From contig CAVZXQ010000019.1 of NCBI GenBank assembly GCA_963779315.1, positions 81,444-145,443 of the forward strand: 64,000 nt of DNA, in the 5' to 3' direction. The notes under the pieces were generated by a model that saw only the letters and a program-made list of their open reading frames with translations, made no database searches and was not told where the DNA came from. Below are positions 19,447-28,399 of the stretch, one piece after another. Positions within the stretch are counted from its first letter, which is position 1; every line of letters begins with the position of its first letter. This DNA is from an uncultured Chloroflexia bacterium. Its GTDB lineage: Bacteria; Chloroflexota; Limnocylindria; Limnocylindrales; CSP1-4. The translations under genes were made by a program, and so were the position numbers.

Positions 19447-19598
19447 CGCGGGCGTCGCGTGACGGAGGGCCTGATCGATCCGCCGTCGACGCCTGGCCAT
19501 CATCCCGCTGACTCACCCAAAAGCCCGACGCCCGGTATCTACCATGTGAGGCCGGATCCAGGGCGGATCGGGCCTTCGGATGAAACGGGAGGCTTAGG

Positions 19599-20129
19599 AT
19601 GACGGTCCAGGCACTGCGCCGAGGACGCCCCGAGGTGCTGGCCGAACTGCTCGACCGGTACGGCCGGGACATGCAGGCCGTCGCCTACCTCATCGTCCGC
19701 GACCGGGCCGCCGCAGAGGACATCGTGGCCGACAGCCTGCTCGCGGCCCTCGACCACGGTCGGAGTCTCCGTGACGACGATGCCCTGCGACCGTGGTTGC
19801 TCCGGATCGCCACCAACAAGGCGCTTCGATATCGCCAGCGCGCCGCCCACGTCGTCGATCTCCAGGTCGTCGAGGGGGCCGTCGCCGAGCCCAGGGGACC
19901 GACCGCCGACGACTCGTTGGCGCTCTGGCAGGCCGTCCGCGGCCTGCCGCCGCGGATGCGTGCCGCGATCGGCCTGCGCTACTACCTCGACTTGCCGGTC
20001 GAGACGGTGGCGGAGGTGCTCGAGGTCAGCCCGAACACCATCAAGACCCAACTGAAGTCGGCCCTCGCGCATCTGCGGACGGCCCTCGCCGACGAACCGA
20101 TGCCCGTCGCGGAGGTGCGACATGCCTGA
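19599..20129 (+). CDS. ECF-type RNA polymerase sigma factor
   Basis: Region 2 motif (DIVADSLLAAL...LRPWLLRIATNKA) and region 4 motif (LPPRMRAAIGLRYYLDLPVETVAEVLEVSPNTIKTQL). GGGAGG precedes the ATG. Confidence 0.85.
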   Translation: MTVQALRRGRPEVLAELLDRYGRDMQAVAYLIVRDRAAAEDIVADSLLAALDHGRSLRDDDALRPWLLRIATNKALRYRQRAAHVVDLQVVEGAVAEPRGPTADDSLALWQAVRGLPPRMRAAIGLRYYLDLPVETVAEVLEVSPNTIKTQLKSALAHLRTALADEPMPVAEVRHA

Positions 20130-21948
20130 GCTCGACGACGCCGCGCTCGAACGTCGCCTCCGCGGGGTCCTGAAGGAGCACCTGGGAGCGCTGCCGCTCG
20201 ACCTCACGGTCGACGCGCTTGATCGCCGCCGGGAGGCCAAGGGGGTTGCCCGACGATCCGCCCGGGGCCGCGGCATCACGCTTCTCGCGGCCGCAGCCCT
20301 GTTGCTCGTCGGTGGGGCGTTGGCGGCGGGCTCCGGCCTCCTGCGGCTGCCGACCGTCGTCCCGCCTGTCCCTGAACCATCGGTGATCGCGGTCGCCACG
20401 GCATCGCCCGATGCGACGTCCCCGAGCCCGAGCGAATCGGCGGCACCATCCGCAAGTCCGATCCCTGTCGCGGGTCCGGGAGGCGTCTGGATCCCGACCG
20501 GGTCGATGGGCACGCCTCGCTCTGGCTACACCGCGGTGCGGCTCCTCGATGGCCGGGTGCTCGTTGCGGGCGGCTCCAACGGTGACGATCGACCTGACCT
20601 CCGCCGAGTTGTACGACCCGGCCAGCGGGACCTGGTCCGCCACCGGGAACATGCTCAAGCCCCATGCTGGCTTCCCGGCCACGCTGCTGCGCGACGGCAA
20701 GGTGCTCGTGGGCGATGTCGACGACCCGGCGGCAGATGACCGGATCACCACGGCGCCGAGCTGTACGACCCGGCCAGCGGGACCTGGATCGTCCACTGGG
20801 AAGATGTTCACCACGGAGGCGATGGTTGGCCGACACGACCGCGACGGTGCTGCGCGACGGCAAGGTGCTCGTGGCAGGTCAGGACGGCGCGCAGCTGTAC
20901 GACCCCGACAGCGGGACCTGGTCCGCGACCGGGAAGATGATCACACCGCGTCACCACCACACGGCCACGCTGCTGCCCGACGGCAGGGTGCTCGTGGCGG
21001 GCGGGACGAACGCTAGCGACGGCATGGTGTACTCGGCCGAGCTGTACGACCCGGACACGGGGTCCTGGACCGCCACCGCGAACATGCGTGACGGCGGTCG
21101 TTGTCGGTCAGGCTGCCCTCGTGGTGGCGGCATGGCCACCCTGCTGCAGGATGGCACGGTGCTCTCGTGCGCCGATCTTCGGGCGCTGGCGTCGCGTTCG
21201 TGGAGATCTACGACCCGGCCACCGGAACCTGGACCGCCGACTCGGCGAGCATCGCTCGGCTGGACTGCAGACGCCACGGCCACGCTGTTGCTCGATGGCA
21301 CGGTGCTGGTGACCCAGGGGAGTGACGCCTCCGAGGGCGGCCGAGCTGTACGACCCGGCACCGGGTCCTGGACCAGCGCCGGGACCATGCCGCAAGTCCA
21401 CCAGGGAGCTCCTGCCACGCTGCTGCTCGACGGCACGGTCCTCGTGGCGGGTGGCAACGAGTGTCAGCCCGGCAGTGGCTGTTGGATACTGGGCACGGCG
21501 GAGCTGTACGTCCCGGCCGGCGTGTCGCCGCCAGCCGCGGTGGTCGCCCTGCCGATCCCGAGCCCGACCCCGCCCGTCCCGACCCCGACCCCGATCCCGA
21601 CCCCGTTCCCGCCCGCGGCCGGTCCCGTCCCGGCGGACGCGCGGATCCTGGACGGTCACGGTCGTCAACAAGAGCTCCGAACCCGCGACGCTGTTCCTGG
21701 CCGAGGACGGCGAGAACGGCATCGGCCAGCTGTGCGGGTCCGTGACCCCGAACGTCGTGCCAGCCGGCGTCACCAGGAAGGTGACCTTCCTGCTCCCGCC
21801 GAAGCGGGTGACGGATTGTTGGATCTGGGTGAACCCGGTTCCGGGCCTAGGGGGATCGTTCTTCCAGACGTCCGACGCACCCATGGCGGGCAAGTTCGTC
21901 ATTTTGGACGGCGAGAACGGCCCCCAGGGAGCTTGGGGAGGCCAGTAG
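20122..21948 (+). pseudogene. single-pass membrane protein with Kelch beta-propeller (putative anti-sigma/sensor), several frame changes as assembled
   Basis: The ATG overlaps the sigma gene stop. Order of parts: short cytoplasmic segment, TM helix (ITLLAAAALLLVGGALAAG), S/P linker, about 7 units of AELYDPxxGTWxxTG...ATLLxDGxVLVAGG, Pro-rich linker, C-terminal domain. The pieces lie in ORFs 20122, 20411, 20664 and 21322. Confidence 0.7.
20604..21520 (+). repeat. tandem coding repeats (Kelch units, about 135-165 nt period)
   Basis: GAGCTGTACGACCC-like unit starts occur near 20604, 20755, 20889, 21036, 21201, 21340 and 21498. Confidence 0.7.
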
Positions 21949-22014
21949 GCCAGTAGACGCCCAACCGGCCGCGGAGCAGGTGCAGACGATCGCGTCGCTC
22001 GGAGGACCTTCAGC

Positions 22015-22836
22015 ATGAACGGCAACAAGTTCAGATTGGCCGCGGGCGCGGTGGTTGGTCTGCTCATCGTCGTCACCGGCAGCATCTACCTGGGAAACAA
22101 CTGGTCGGGCGGAGTCGGCAGTCCACCGATGGCGACAGCCGCACCGACCGCGACGGCCGCACCGAGCGCGATGCGCAGCGCGACGGCCAGCGCGACGCGG
22201 GCACTCCTGCCGCCGAGCAGCCTGGTCGAGCCTGGCACGTACCGCATGGAGTCGAACGGCCTGGTGTCATCAGTCGTCCCGGCCACCGTGTCGATCACGG
22301 TGCCGTCCGGCTGGGAGTCCAACAAATCCTTCGTGATCCACAAGAACTACACCGACGCGGGGCCGGCCTTCGGCGTCTGGCAGATCACCAACCGATTCAA
22401 GCAGCCCTGCACGGACCACACCCTCTTCGAGCCAACTCCCGGCCCGGGCATCGACGAGCTGCTCAATACCCTCGCCAGCCAGCCGGGGATCGAAGCGGAC
22501 CCGCTCACAGACGTGACGGTCGATGGATACAGCGGCAAATACGTCGAGCTGACCGTCGCGACGGACATCTCTACCTGCCCCGTCTCCAGCGGGGAAAACG
22601 CAGGGGATGGCTTCTGGCTCTGGGCCTCGCCCGACGGCAACAGCAAATACGTGCAGGGCTCCGACGAGATGTACCGGATCTACGCGGTCGACGTCGACGG
22701 CACCCGGTTCACCTTCTTCGCCCGTATCCCGAAGCGCACGACGTCGGCGGACCGCGCAGAGCTCCAGGCGATCATCGACTCCATCGCCATCGAAGCGCCG
22801 AGCAGCCCGTCCCCATCCGTCGCCTCGTCACCGTGA
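22015..22836 (+). CDS. membrane-anchored hypothetical protein
   Basis: N-terminal TM helix (AVVGLLIVVTGSIYL), Ala/Thr-rich linker, then a globular domain. Uninterrupted 273 aa with ordinary composition. Confidence 0.55.
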   Translation: MNGNKFRLAAGAVVGLLIVVTGSIYLGNNWSGGVGSPPMATAAPTATAAPSAMRSATASATRALLPPSSLVEPGTYRMESNGLVSSVVPATVSITVPSGWESNKSFVIHKNYTDAGPAFGVWQITNRFKQPCTDHTLFEPTPGPGIDELLNTLASQPGIEADPLTDVTVDGYSGKYVELTVATDISTCPVSSGENAGDGFWLWASPDGNSKYVQGSDEMYRIYAVDVDGTRFTFFARIPKRTTSADRAELQAIIDSIAIEAPSSPSPSVASSP

Positions 22837-23129
22837 CCATTCCCTGCCGGCCAGTCGAGACCGACTGAACCGGGAGCGTCGGCGACCTAACAGACCCGGT
22901 CGCCGACGTCCTCTCATTGTTCCCGCGGCATCGCAATCCGCTTCGGCGCGACCGGTCAGGGGTGGATCGTCTTGGGCCAAGCGTCGCGCTTGTGGCCATC
23001 GGGCGCCCGCGCGGCTGACCGGACTGTTGCGCGATGCGCCGCCGGACCCGCAACCGCAGGCTGCGCCACACGGATTCCCCGGCTTGACACCGACCTCCAT
23101 CGCCACATGCTCTGAGGTTGGGCAGGAAA

Positions 23130-23190
23130 TGGCGCCCCCGGACGGTCCTCGGGGAACGGCGGTCACATGCAGACCCGCTCGCGTAGTACA
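23130..23190. repeat. second copy of the 60-nt repeat headed by TGGCGCCCCCGGACGG
   Basis: About 85% identical to 19387-19446. The first 16 nt equal the 3' end of tRNA-Arg on the plus strand. Confidence 0.6.
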
Positions 23191-23297
23191 CAGATGGGGC
23201 GGCTAGCTCCAATTGCGAGGGGCAGCCCCGCCGCGGACCTCTGACCTCATTCGAATCCTCGACAGCACCGCCGGAGCAGATGACCTGGATGATACCT

Positions 23298-23320
23298 GCC
23301 CTTAAGGTGGTCCTAAGGGC
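23298..23320 (-). terminator. possible terminator hairpin after the sigma/anti-sigma pair
   Basis: GCCCTTAAGG-TGGT-CCTAAGGGC (9 bp with one bulge), unusually AT-rich, about 60 nt past the stop at 23379. Confidence 0.3.
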
Positions 23321-23378
23321 CCGTCCTCCTTCACGAGCGCACCGGCGGATAGTGAGCGTGCGCACCCCACGAGGGAGC

Positions 23379-24104
23379 TCAAGCGCCCATGATCTCGATC
23401 AGCCAGGTGTCCTCGGCGACAGCGGTCAGTCGTACGCGAACCAGGCCGAACGTCTCCTCGCCACCAGTGTGGATGTTGGAGTAGGCCCAGGCCTCGTGCC
23501 CAGGCGCACATACGTGGAAGAGGACGTTCACAAAGCTGGCGGCGTAGCTCTCCGATACGCCGGTGACCGTCGCGCGAACGTAGTGGACCGATGTCGGGCC
23601 CCGTCCACGCCACGACACAACGTACTCGGCGCCCTTGCTGCACTCGACGTGGGACCGCCCTTCAGCAGCCAGGTCGTGCGTGATGCACTCGAAGCCCCTG
23701 TCGAGCAACGCTGCCTGCATGTCGCCTGAGACAACATCGGGGATCGGCGGTGGAAGGGCAGCTAACGGCGCCGATGAGGCGTCGGCGTCCTGCGCGGTCG
23801 AAGGCATGGCGTCCGGCCGGATCGACGGCGCCGGGCCGGTAGAACTGCCGCTGGAAACGAGTCCCCAGGCGAGCGAGCCCACCACGAGCATGGCCGCGAC
23901 GCCGATGAAGGTGATGAGGCGGATCGTCGGCTTGGCCGCCGGCACATCAAATCCCGCGCGCACCACTGCGGACCAGCGGGCGTGTTGACGAGCTCGCCGA
24001 ACGCTCACCATGGCTTCGTCGTGGGCCGCGACTGGCGGCCGGACCGGCGCGCTCGCGTCGAGCCAGCGGGCGAGCAGCAGATCGAAATCGTCGTGGGTGT
24101 TCAT
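23379..24104 (-). CDS. putative anti-sigma factor, single-pass membrane protein
   Basis: ATG 24104 overlaps the stop of the sigma gene (ATGA). Short N-terminal segment, TM helix (ITFIGVAAMLVVGSLAWGLV), then an extracytoplasmic domain. Confidence 0.6.
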   Translation of the reverse strand: MNTHDDFDLLLARWLDASAPVRPPVAAHDEAMVSVRRARQHARWSAVVRAGFDVPAAKPTIRLITFIGVAAMLVVGSLAWGLVSSGSSTGPAPSIRPDAMPSTAQDADASSAPLAALPPPIPDVVSGDMQAALLDRGFECITHDLAAEGRSHVECSKGAEYVVSWRGRGPTSVHYVRATVTGVSESYAASFVNVLFHVCAPGHEAWAYSNIHTGGEETFGLVRVRLTAVAEDTWLIEIMGA

Positions 24105-24676
24105 CGCACCACCTCCGTGGCCATATCGACCGTGCGCTCGTCGGCCTCGAGTGCGGCGCGCATGGCCTTGGTTGCCCGGTTCAGTCTCGATTGGACGGTC
24201 CCAAGCGGGACTCCCAGCGCCACAGCTGTTTCGGCCATCGTCAACCCCAGGTAGTGGCAGAGCACGAGCACCGTTCGATGCTCGGTCGAGAGGCGTTGAA
24301 AGCCCCGGTCGAGCTGATCCTCGACAGCGACTGTGCGGTGGGCATCTGGAACCGTCTGATCGTCGTTCACGTACGCCCTGATCTCGACGATCCCTCGCCC
24401 CCTCTGTCGTGATGCCGCCCGATAGCACGACCGGACGAGCAGTCGATGAAGCCACGCATCGAACCGGTCAGGATCACGAAGAGCGCGCAGATCCAGCCAT
24501 GCCCGCAGAAGTGCGTCCTGCACACAATCTGCCGCGAGGTCGTTGTCGCGGAGGATCAGACGAGCCGCGGCATACAGCCGGTTGGTGCGCCCGGCCGTCA
24601 GCATGGAGAAGGCGTCGGCATCTCCGCGCTGAGCCCTGACCACCAAGTCGTCCTGCACCTTGGATTGGGCCTCCAA
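24101..24676 (-). CDS. ECF-type RNA polymerase sigma factor
   Basis: LVVRAQRGDADAFSML, DCVQDALLRAW, and region 4 TVLVLCHYLGLTMAETAVALGVPLGTVQSRL. The start is TTG at 24676 or a nearby GTG. Confidence 0.85.
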   Translation of the reverse strand: MEAQSKVQDDLVVRAQRGDADAFSMLTAGRTNRLYAAARLILRDNDLAADCVQDALLRAWLDLRALRDPDRFDAWLHRLLVRSCYRAASRQRGRGIVEIRAYVNDDQTVPDAHRTVAVEDQLDRGFQRLSTEHRTVLVLCHYLGLTMAETAVALGVPLGTVQSRLNRATKAMRAALEADERTVDMATEVVR

Positions 24677-24909
24677 ATCATCGGCCTGTCCGGCGTCTCT
24701 ACTGAGTCTGGGACATGGGCACCCGAAACTGTTCCGTAATCGGCCTCGATCTACGGAGTCCCGTCCGCCGAAATGGCGATCGCGAAGGTACGACTGGCAG
24801 TCCGGTCACGTTGGTGAAGCGATCGTGCACCGGTCATGGCGGGCCGATCCGGTGTCAAGCGGGATCGTTCACAGGAGGCGGGCGCCGTTTGGACGCTCCG
24901 CCCGGTCGG

Positions 24910-24936
24910 TGGCGCCCCCGGACGGACTCGAACCGC
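24910..24936 (-). repeat. exact 27-nt copy of the 3' end of tRNA-Arg (att-like scar)
   Basis: TGGCGCCCCCGGACGGACTCGAACCGC is identical to 25549-25575. No 5' half of a tRNA follows. Confidence 0.85.
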
Positions 24937-24993
24937 TAGCTGCCTACGCGTAGGTGTGCGCTTAGCGACGGGCCTGTGATCGTGTCCGCCGGG

Positions 24994-25389
24994 CTAGACG
25001 TCGACGGCACGTTCCGCAAGGTAGGCCCGGAGTCCGAAGATGATCGAAAGGGCAAACAGCAGCACGCTCAGGATGAAGGCCACTCCCGCTTGAGGGATGC
25101 CTGGGTCTTGTCGGCTGGGCTCGACCGCCGGTCCGATGAGCTGGACGTGCCCCCAGGCCCAGGCAAGGGCGGCAACGCTTCCCCACCAGAAGACGACCGC
25201 CCAGCGCGCCGCAGGCGGGCCCTTCACCAGCCCCCTGACCGTAGCGATGGCGACGAGCAGGAAACCCAGACCAAGGGTCGCCCGAATGACGCTTGTCCCT
25301 TCGTGCAGACCGGTTGCGATGGGCGCGACTACCAGCAGGACGCCGACGAGGAATAGGGCTCCCGTCGTCTTCACCCGGCACCTCCTCAT
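24994..25389 (-). CDS. small four-helix membrane protein
   Basis: 131 aa with four hydrophobic segments and no recognisable family motif. Confidence 0.5.
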   Translation of the reverse strand: MRRCRVKTTGALFLVGVLLVVAPIATGLHEGTSVIRATLGLGFLLVAIATVRGLVKGPPAARWAVVFWWGSVAALAWAWGHVQLIGPAVEPSRQDPGIPQAGVAFILSVLLFALSIIFGLRAYLAERAVDV

Positions 25390-25548
25390 CGCCGGCCGCC
25401 CAGGGCGGAAGTGAAGGCGGTTTCGCGGTTTCGCGGCGGCCGTCCGTCCCTATGCTCGCCGCCGCTCAGGACAAGCCAGCACCAAGCACGGTACACCCAA
25501 CATCCGATTGACCAACGCGAAGCCGAAATCTACGTCGTCTCGCTTCAG

Positions 25549-25624
25549 TGGCGCCCCCGGACGGACTCGAACCGCCGACGCAGGCCTTAGGACGGCCTCG
25601 CTCTGTCCACTGAGCTACGGGGGC
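25549..25624 (-). tRNA. tRNA-Arg (anticodon CCT)
   Basis: Manual cloverleaf, 76 nt. Acceptor stem GCCCCCG/CGGGGGC, D stem GCTC/GAGC, anticodon stem AGGCC/GGCCT with loop GTCCTAA, T arm GGCGG-TTCGAGT-CCGTC, discriminator G, encoded CCA. Confidence 0.9.
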
Positions 25625-26000
25625 GCGGACTCCATCGTACCGCGTGGCGCCACTGAGCCCTCCGGGTGGCGGTGAGTGGCCGAAGCCGCCAGATGTCGCT
25701 CTCAGGCGACACTGGGCACCCGATCGACCCGAGTGCGGCTGAATCCCGGCTCGCTTATCCTGTGTGGAGCGTCTAGGGACCGGCTGAGGATCGACGGCAC
25801 CTTCGTGGCGGCGCCGAGCGTCGCACCCGGGCGACATCTGGCGGAGTCGACCCGTAGAACGCGGACTCGATCCAGCGAACGCTGATGCCCGCGCACGTCC
25901 GCGGCAACCCCGCCAGTCGCCGGGCCGGGTTACGCGCAGGTTCACTGCGACCGACCGCGAACCGGTCGATCCCGGGCGCTGCCCTACAATCGAGCCCGAG

Positions 26001-26276
26001 ATGCACGACGCTCCCCTCCCCGACCTCGTCCTGTACGGCCGCCCCGGCTGCCACCTGTGCGACGAGACACGCGCGATGCTGACCGCGCTCCTGCGACAGC
26101 GGGCCGACGCCGGTCAGACGAGCCCGACCCTCGTCGAGCGCGACATCGAGACCGACGCCGACTGGCATCGCGCCTATCTCACGACCATCCCGGTCGTCGA
26201 GCTGGGCGACCGCCGCCTCGAGCTGGCGACGAGCCTGGCCAAGGTCCGGCGCCTGCTCGCCGACGTCCTGGACTGA
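26001..26276 (+). CDS. glutaredoxin-like (DUF836-type) thioredoxin-fold protein
   Basis: LVLYGRPGCHLCDE CxxC motif plus IPVVELGD. TACAAT lies 10 nt upstream of the ATG. Confidence 0.75.
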   Translation: MHDAPLPDLVLYGRPGCHLCDETRAMLTALLRQRADAGQTSPTLVERDIETDADWHRAYLTTIPVVELGDRRLELATSLAKVRRLLADVLD

Positions 26277-26283
26277 GGGCGGG

Positions 26284-27109
26284 ATGGCCGGCACGGACCT
26301 CACGATCCTCGTCGCCTTCGGCGCCGGCGTCATCAGCTTCCTCTCGCCCTGCGTCCTGCCGCTGGTCCCGGCCTACCTCGGCCAGCTGACCGCGATCGCG
26401 GTCGCGGCGTCCGCGGACGGCGCGCCGCCGTCGCGCTGGACGGCGGTGCGCCACGCCCTCGCCTACGTGGCCGGGTTCGGCGTCGTCTTCACGCTCCTCG
26501 GCATCACGGCGACGTTCCTCGCCGGCCCGCTGGCCGACTACCTGCCGGCGCTGCGGGTGATCGGTGGGCTGATCCTCATCGTCATGGGCCTCAACCTCGC
26601 CGGGATCCTGCCGATCCCGGCCCTGGAGCGGACCTGGCGGCCGCTGGACGCCGGCGCGACGCAGTCGCTCGCCACCGTGACGGGATCCGTCTCGCTCGGC
26701 CTCACCCGGCGCCGGCGCCACGCCGGGGATGGCCGACCGGCTGGGCGGCCGGCTCGTCGCATCCAGGGGCGGCTGGCTGGCCTCGTTCGGGCTCGGGGCG
26801 ATCTTCGCCATCGGCTGGACGCCGTGCATCGGGATCATCCTCGGCGGCATCCTGACGATGGCGGCGACGTCCGGGACGGTCGCCCAGGGCGCCGTCCTGC
26901 TGGTCGCCTACACGCTCGGCCTGGGGCTGCCGTTCATCGCGATCGCCGCCGTGTACGACCGGGCTCCGCGCGATCACGGCGCCCGCTCGTCCGCCACGGC
27001 AAGGCGGTCTCGCTGGTCGGCGGCCTGCTCGTCGCGGCGATCGGGGTCGCGATGGTCTTCGACTGGCTCAGCCTGATGCCCCGGTACTTCAACTTCGGCG
27101 GGCGTCTGA
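26284..27109 (+). pseudogene. ccdA: cytochrome c biogenesis / thiol-disulfide transporter CcdA, two frame changes as assembled
   Basis: FGAGVISFLSPCVLPLVPAYL, and after a shift FGLGAIFAIGWTPCIGIILGGIL. Uses ORFs 26284 and 26729, then returns to the first frame. The 3' end is uncertain. Confidence 0.75.
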
Positions 27110-27110
27110 G

Positions 27111-27820
27111 GTGGCGGAGCGACCGGAGTTCACCCACAAGCGCGAACGGCACGGCCTGATCGGGCCGTTCAGCGGCCGGCAGCTCGCCGCCGTCTTCGCG
27201 ATCGTCGTGGTCGCGGTGGTCGTCCTGGTCGCCGCCACGACGCCGCTCGGGACCGCCGGAGCGGGACCCGGCCCGATCGATCCGCGAGCGACGGCGTACA
27301 TCATCGATGACGCCCCTGCGGTCGGCCTCAGGCCCGGCGACCGGGCGCCGGAGTTCGCCGTGACGCTCGAGGACGGCTCCACGTACCAGCTGACCGACCT
27401 GGACGGCAACCCGATCCGGCTGGCCGACCTGCGGGGCAAGGCCGTCTGGGTCAACTTCTGGGCGACCTGGTGCCCGCCCTGCCAGGCCGAGACGCCGATC
27501 CTGCGCGAGATGAGCGAGCGTATCGCGACCGGGGCCTCGAGGTCGTCGCGGTCAGCGTCCAGGAGACGTCCACGGCCGATGTCAAGGCGTACGCCGACCG
27601 CTACCAGCTGGGCTACACGATCGGCTTCGATGGTCCGGGCGGATCTTCCACCAGTACCGGGTCTACGCCCTGCCGACCCAGTTCTTCATCGACGCGAACG
27701 GCGTCATCCGCGACGTCGCGCAAGGCCCGCTGACCCCGAAGCCGGCGCCGTGCCTACATCGAGCGGATCCTGCCGGCCGCGGCTCGACCGACCAGCCCCG
27801 GCCCGAGCCCGAGCCCCTAG
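27111..27820 (+). pseudogene. resA: TlpA/ResA-type thiol-disulfide oxidoreductase, frame-disrupted as assembled
   Basis: N-terminal TM anchor. WVNFWATWCPPCQAE CxxC motif. Continues in other frames (GLEVVAVSVQE, YALPTQFFIDANGVIR). TAG at 27818-27820. Confidence 0.75.
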
Positions 27821-27873
27821 GTCTATCGCTGCGTCCAGGCTCGAGCGCACGTCTCCTTCCGGGTCGTGGTTCG

Positions 27874-28308
27874 TCAGGGATGGTCAGTCAGTACGGCAGG
27901 AGCCCCGGCGCGGCCATCATGAACAGCAACCAGGCTGGGACCCCGAAGATGACCAGCAAGTCCAGCCACCATCGTCCAGCAGACCAGGGTCGGACCATCG
28001 CCAGCCGCTCCGACCAACATGAGGGGCAACGCGGCCAGCAGGAACGGGGCCATCATCATCGTGTAGACCAGACCTACCGAAGGCGGACTCCCGCGCGCCA
28101 GATCTGCGAAGTAGGCCGCCGAGATCGCCGCCACCGCGAGCGAGCACAGCGAACCGCCGATGAAGACCGGGACTGCCCACCGAGGTCTGACCCTGGATCT
28201 CGCGCTGGGCGGCGAGATCACCCACGACGTGGCGCCTTCCCGACCGGCCGGGGTCGGTGACGGATCTCGACCTTCGGGACCCGCTGGATGTTCGTGGTCG
28301 GTCGCCAT
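27874..28308 (-). CDS. small membrane protein
   Basis: 144 aa read from MATDHEH, with three hydrophobic segments. This is the C-terminal part of listed ORF 27874-29616. Confidence 0.45.
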   Translation of the reverse strand: MATDHEHPAGPEGRDPSPTPAGREGATSWVISPPSARSRVRPRWAVPVFIGGSLCSLAVAAISAAYFADLARGSPPSVGLVYTMMMAPFLLAALPLMLVGAAGDGPTLVCWTMVAGLAGHLRGPSLVAVHDGRAGAPAVLTDHP

Positions 28309-28399
28309 CGTGGCCTCCCTGACAGACCGTGGTGCTGACGCGGTCCGCGCGTCACCTACTCGGCGGGTGACGCCCAGACGCCGCGTCCGTTGTATCTCC

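Noticed and set aside
20604-21520. Regularly spaced repeats that might have been a CRISPR array
   Set aside because: The period is about 135-165 nt and the repeats translate into Kelch propeller units inside a coding region. There are no short direct repeats with unique spacers and no cas genes in the window.
22837-23378. Coding potential in the 0.5-kb gap (ORFs 22772-23365 and 22828-23166, minus strand)
   Set aside because: Arg/Gly/Pro-rich composition with no motifs. The segment contains the 60-nt repeat and a hairpin, and looks non-coding.
19387-25624. Integrase, excisionase or transposase that would make the tRNA-flanked region an active mobile element
   Set aside because: No ORF in any frame showed tyrosine/serine recombinase or DDE-type motifs. 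The region is reported only as a scar-bearing locus.
25700-25830. c-di-AMP (ydaO-type) riboswitch, because of GCTGAATCCC and CACCCGA-like strings
   Set aside because: The conserved GGGGA/ACGGGG-type elements and the pseudo-twofold layout are not visible. It is kept only as an unexplained inverted-repeat structure.
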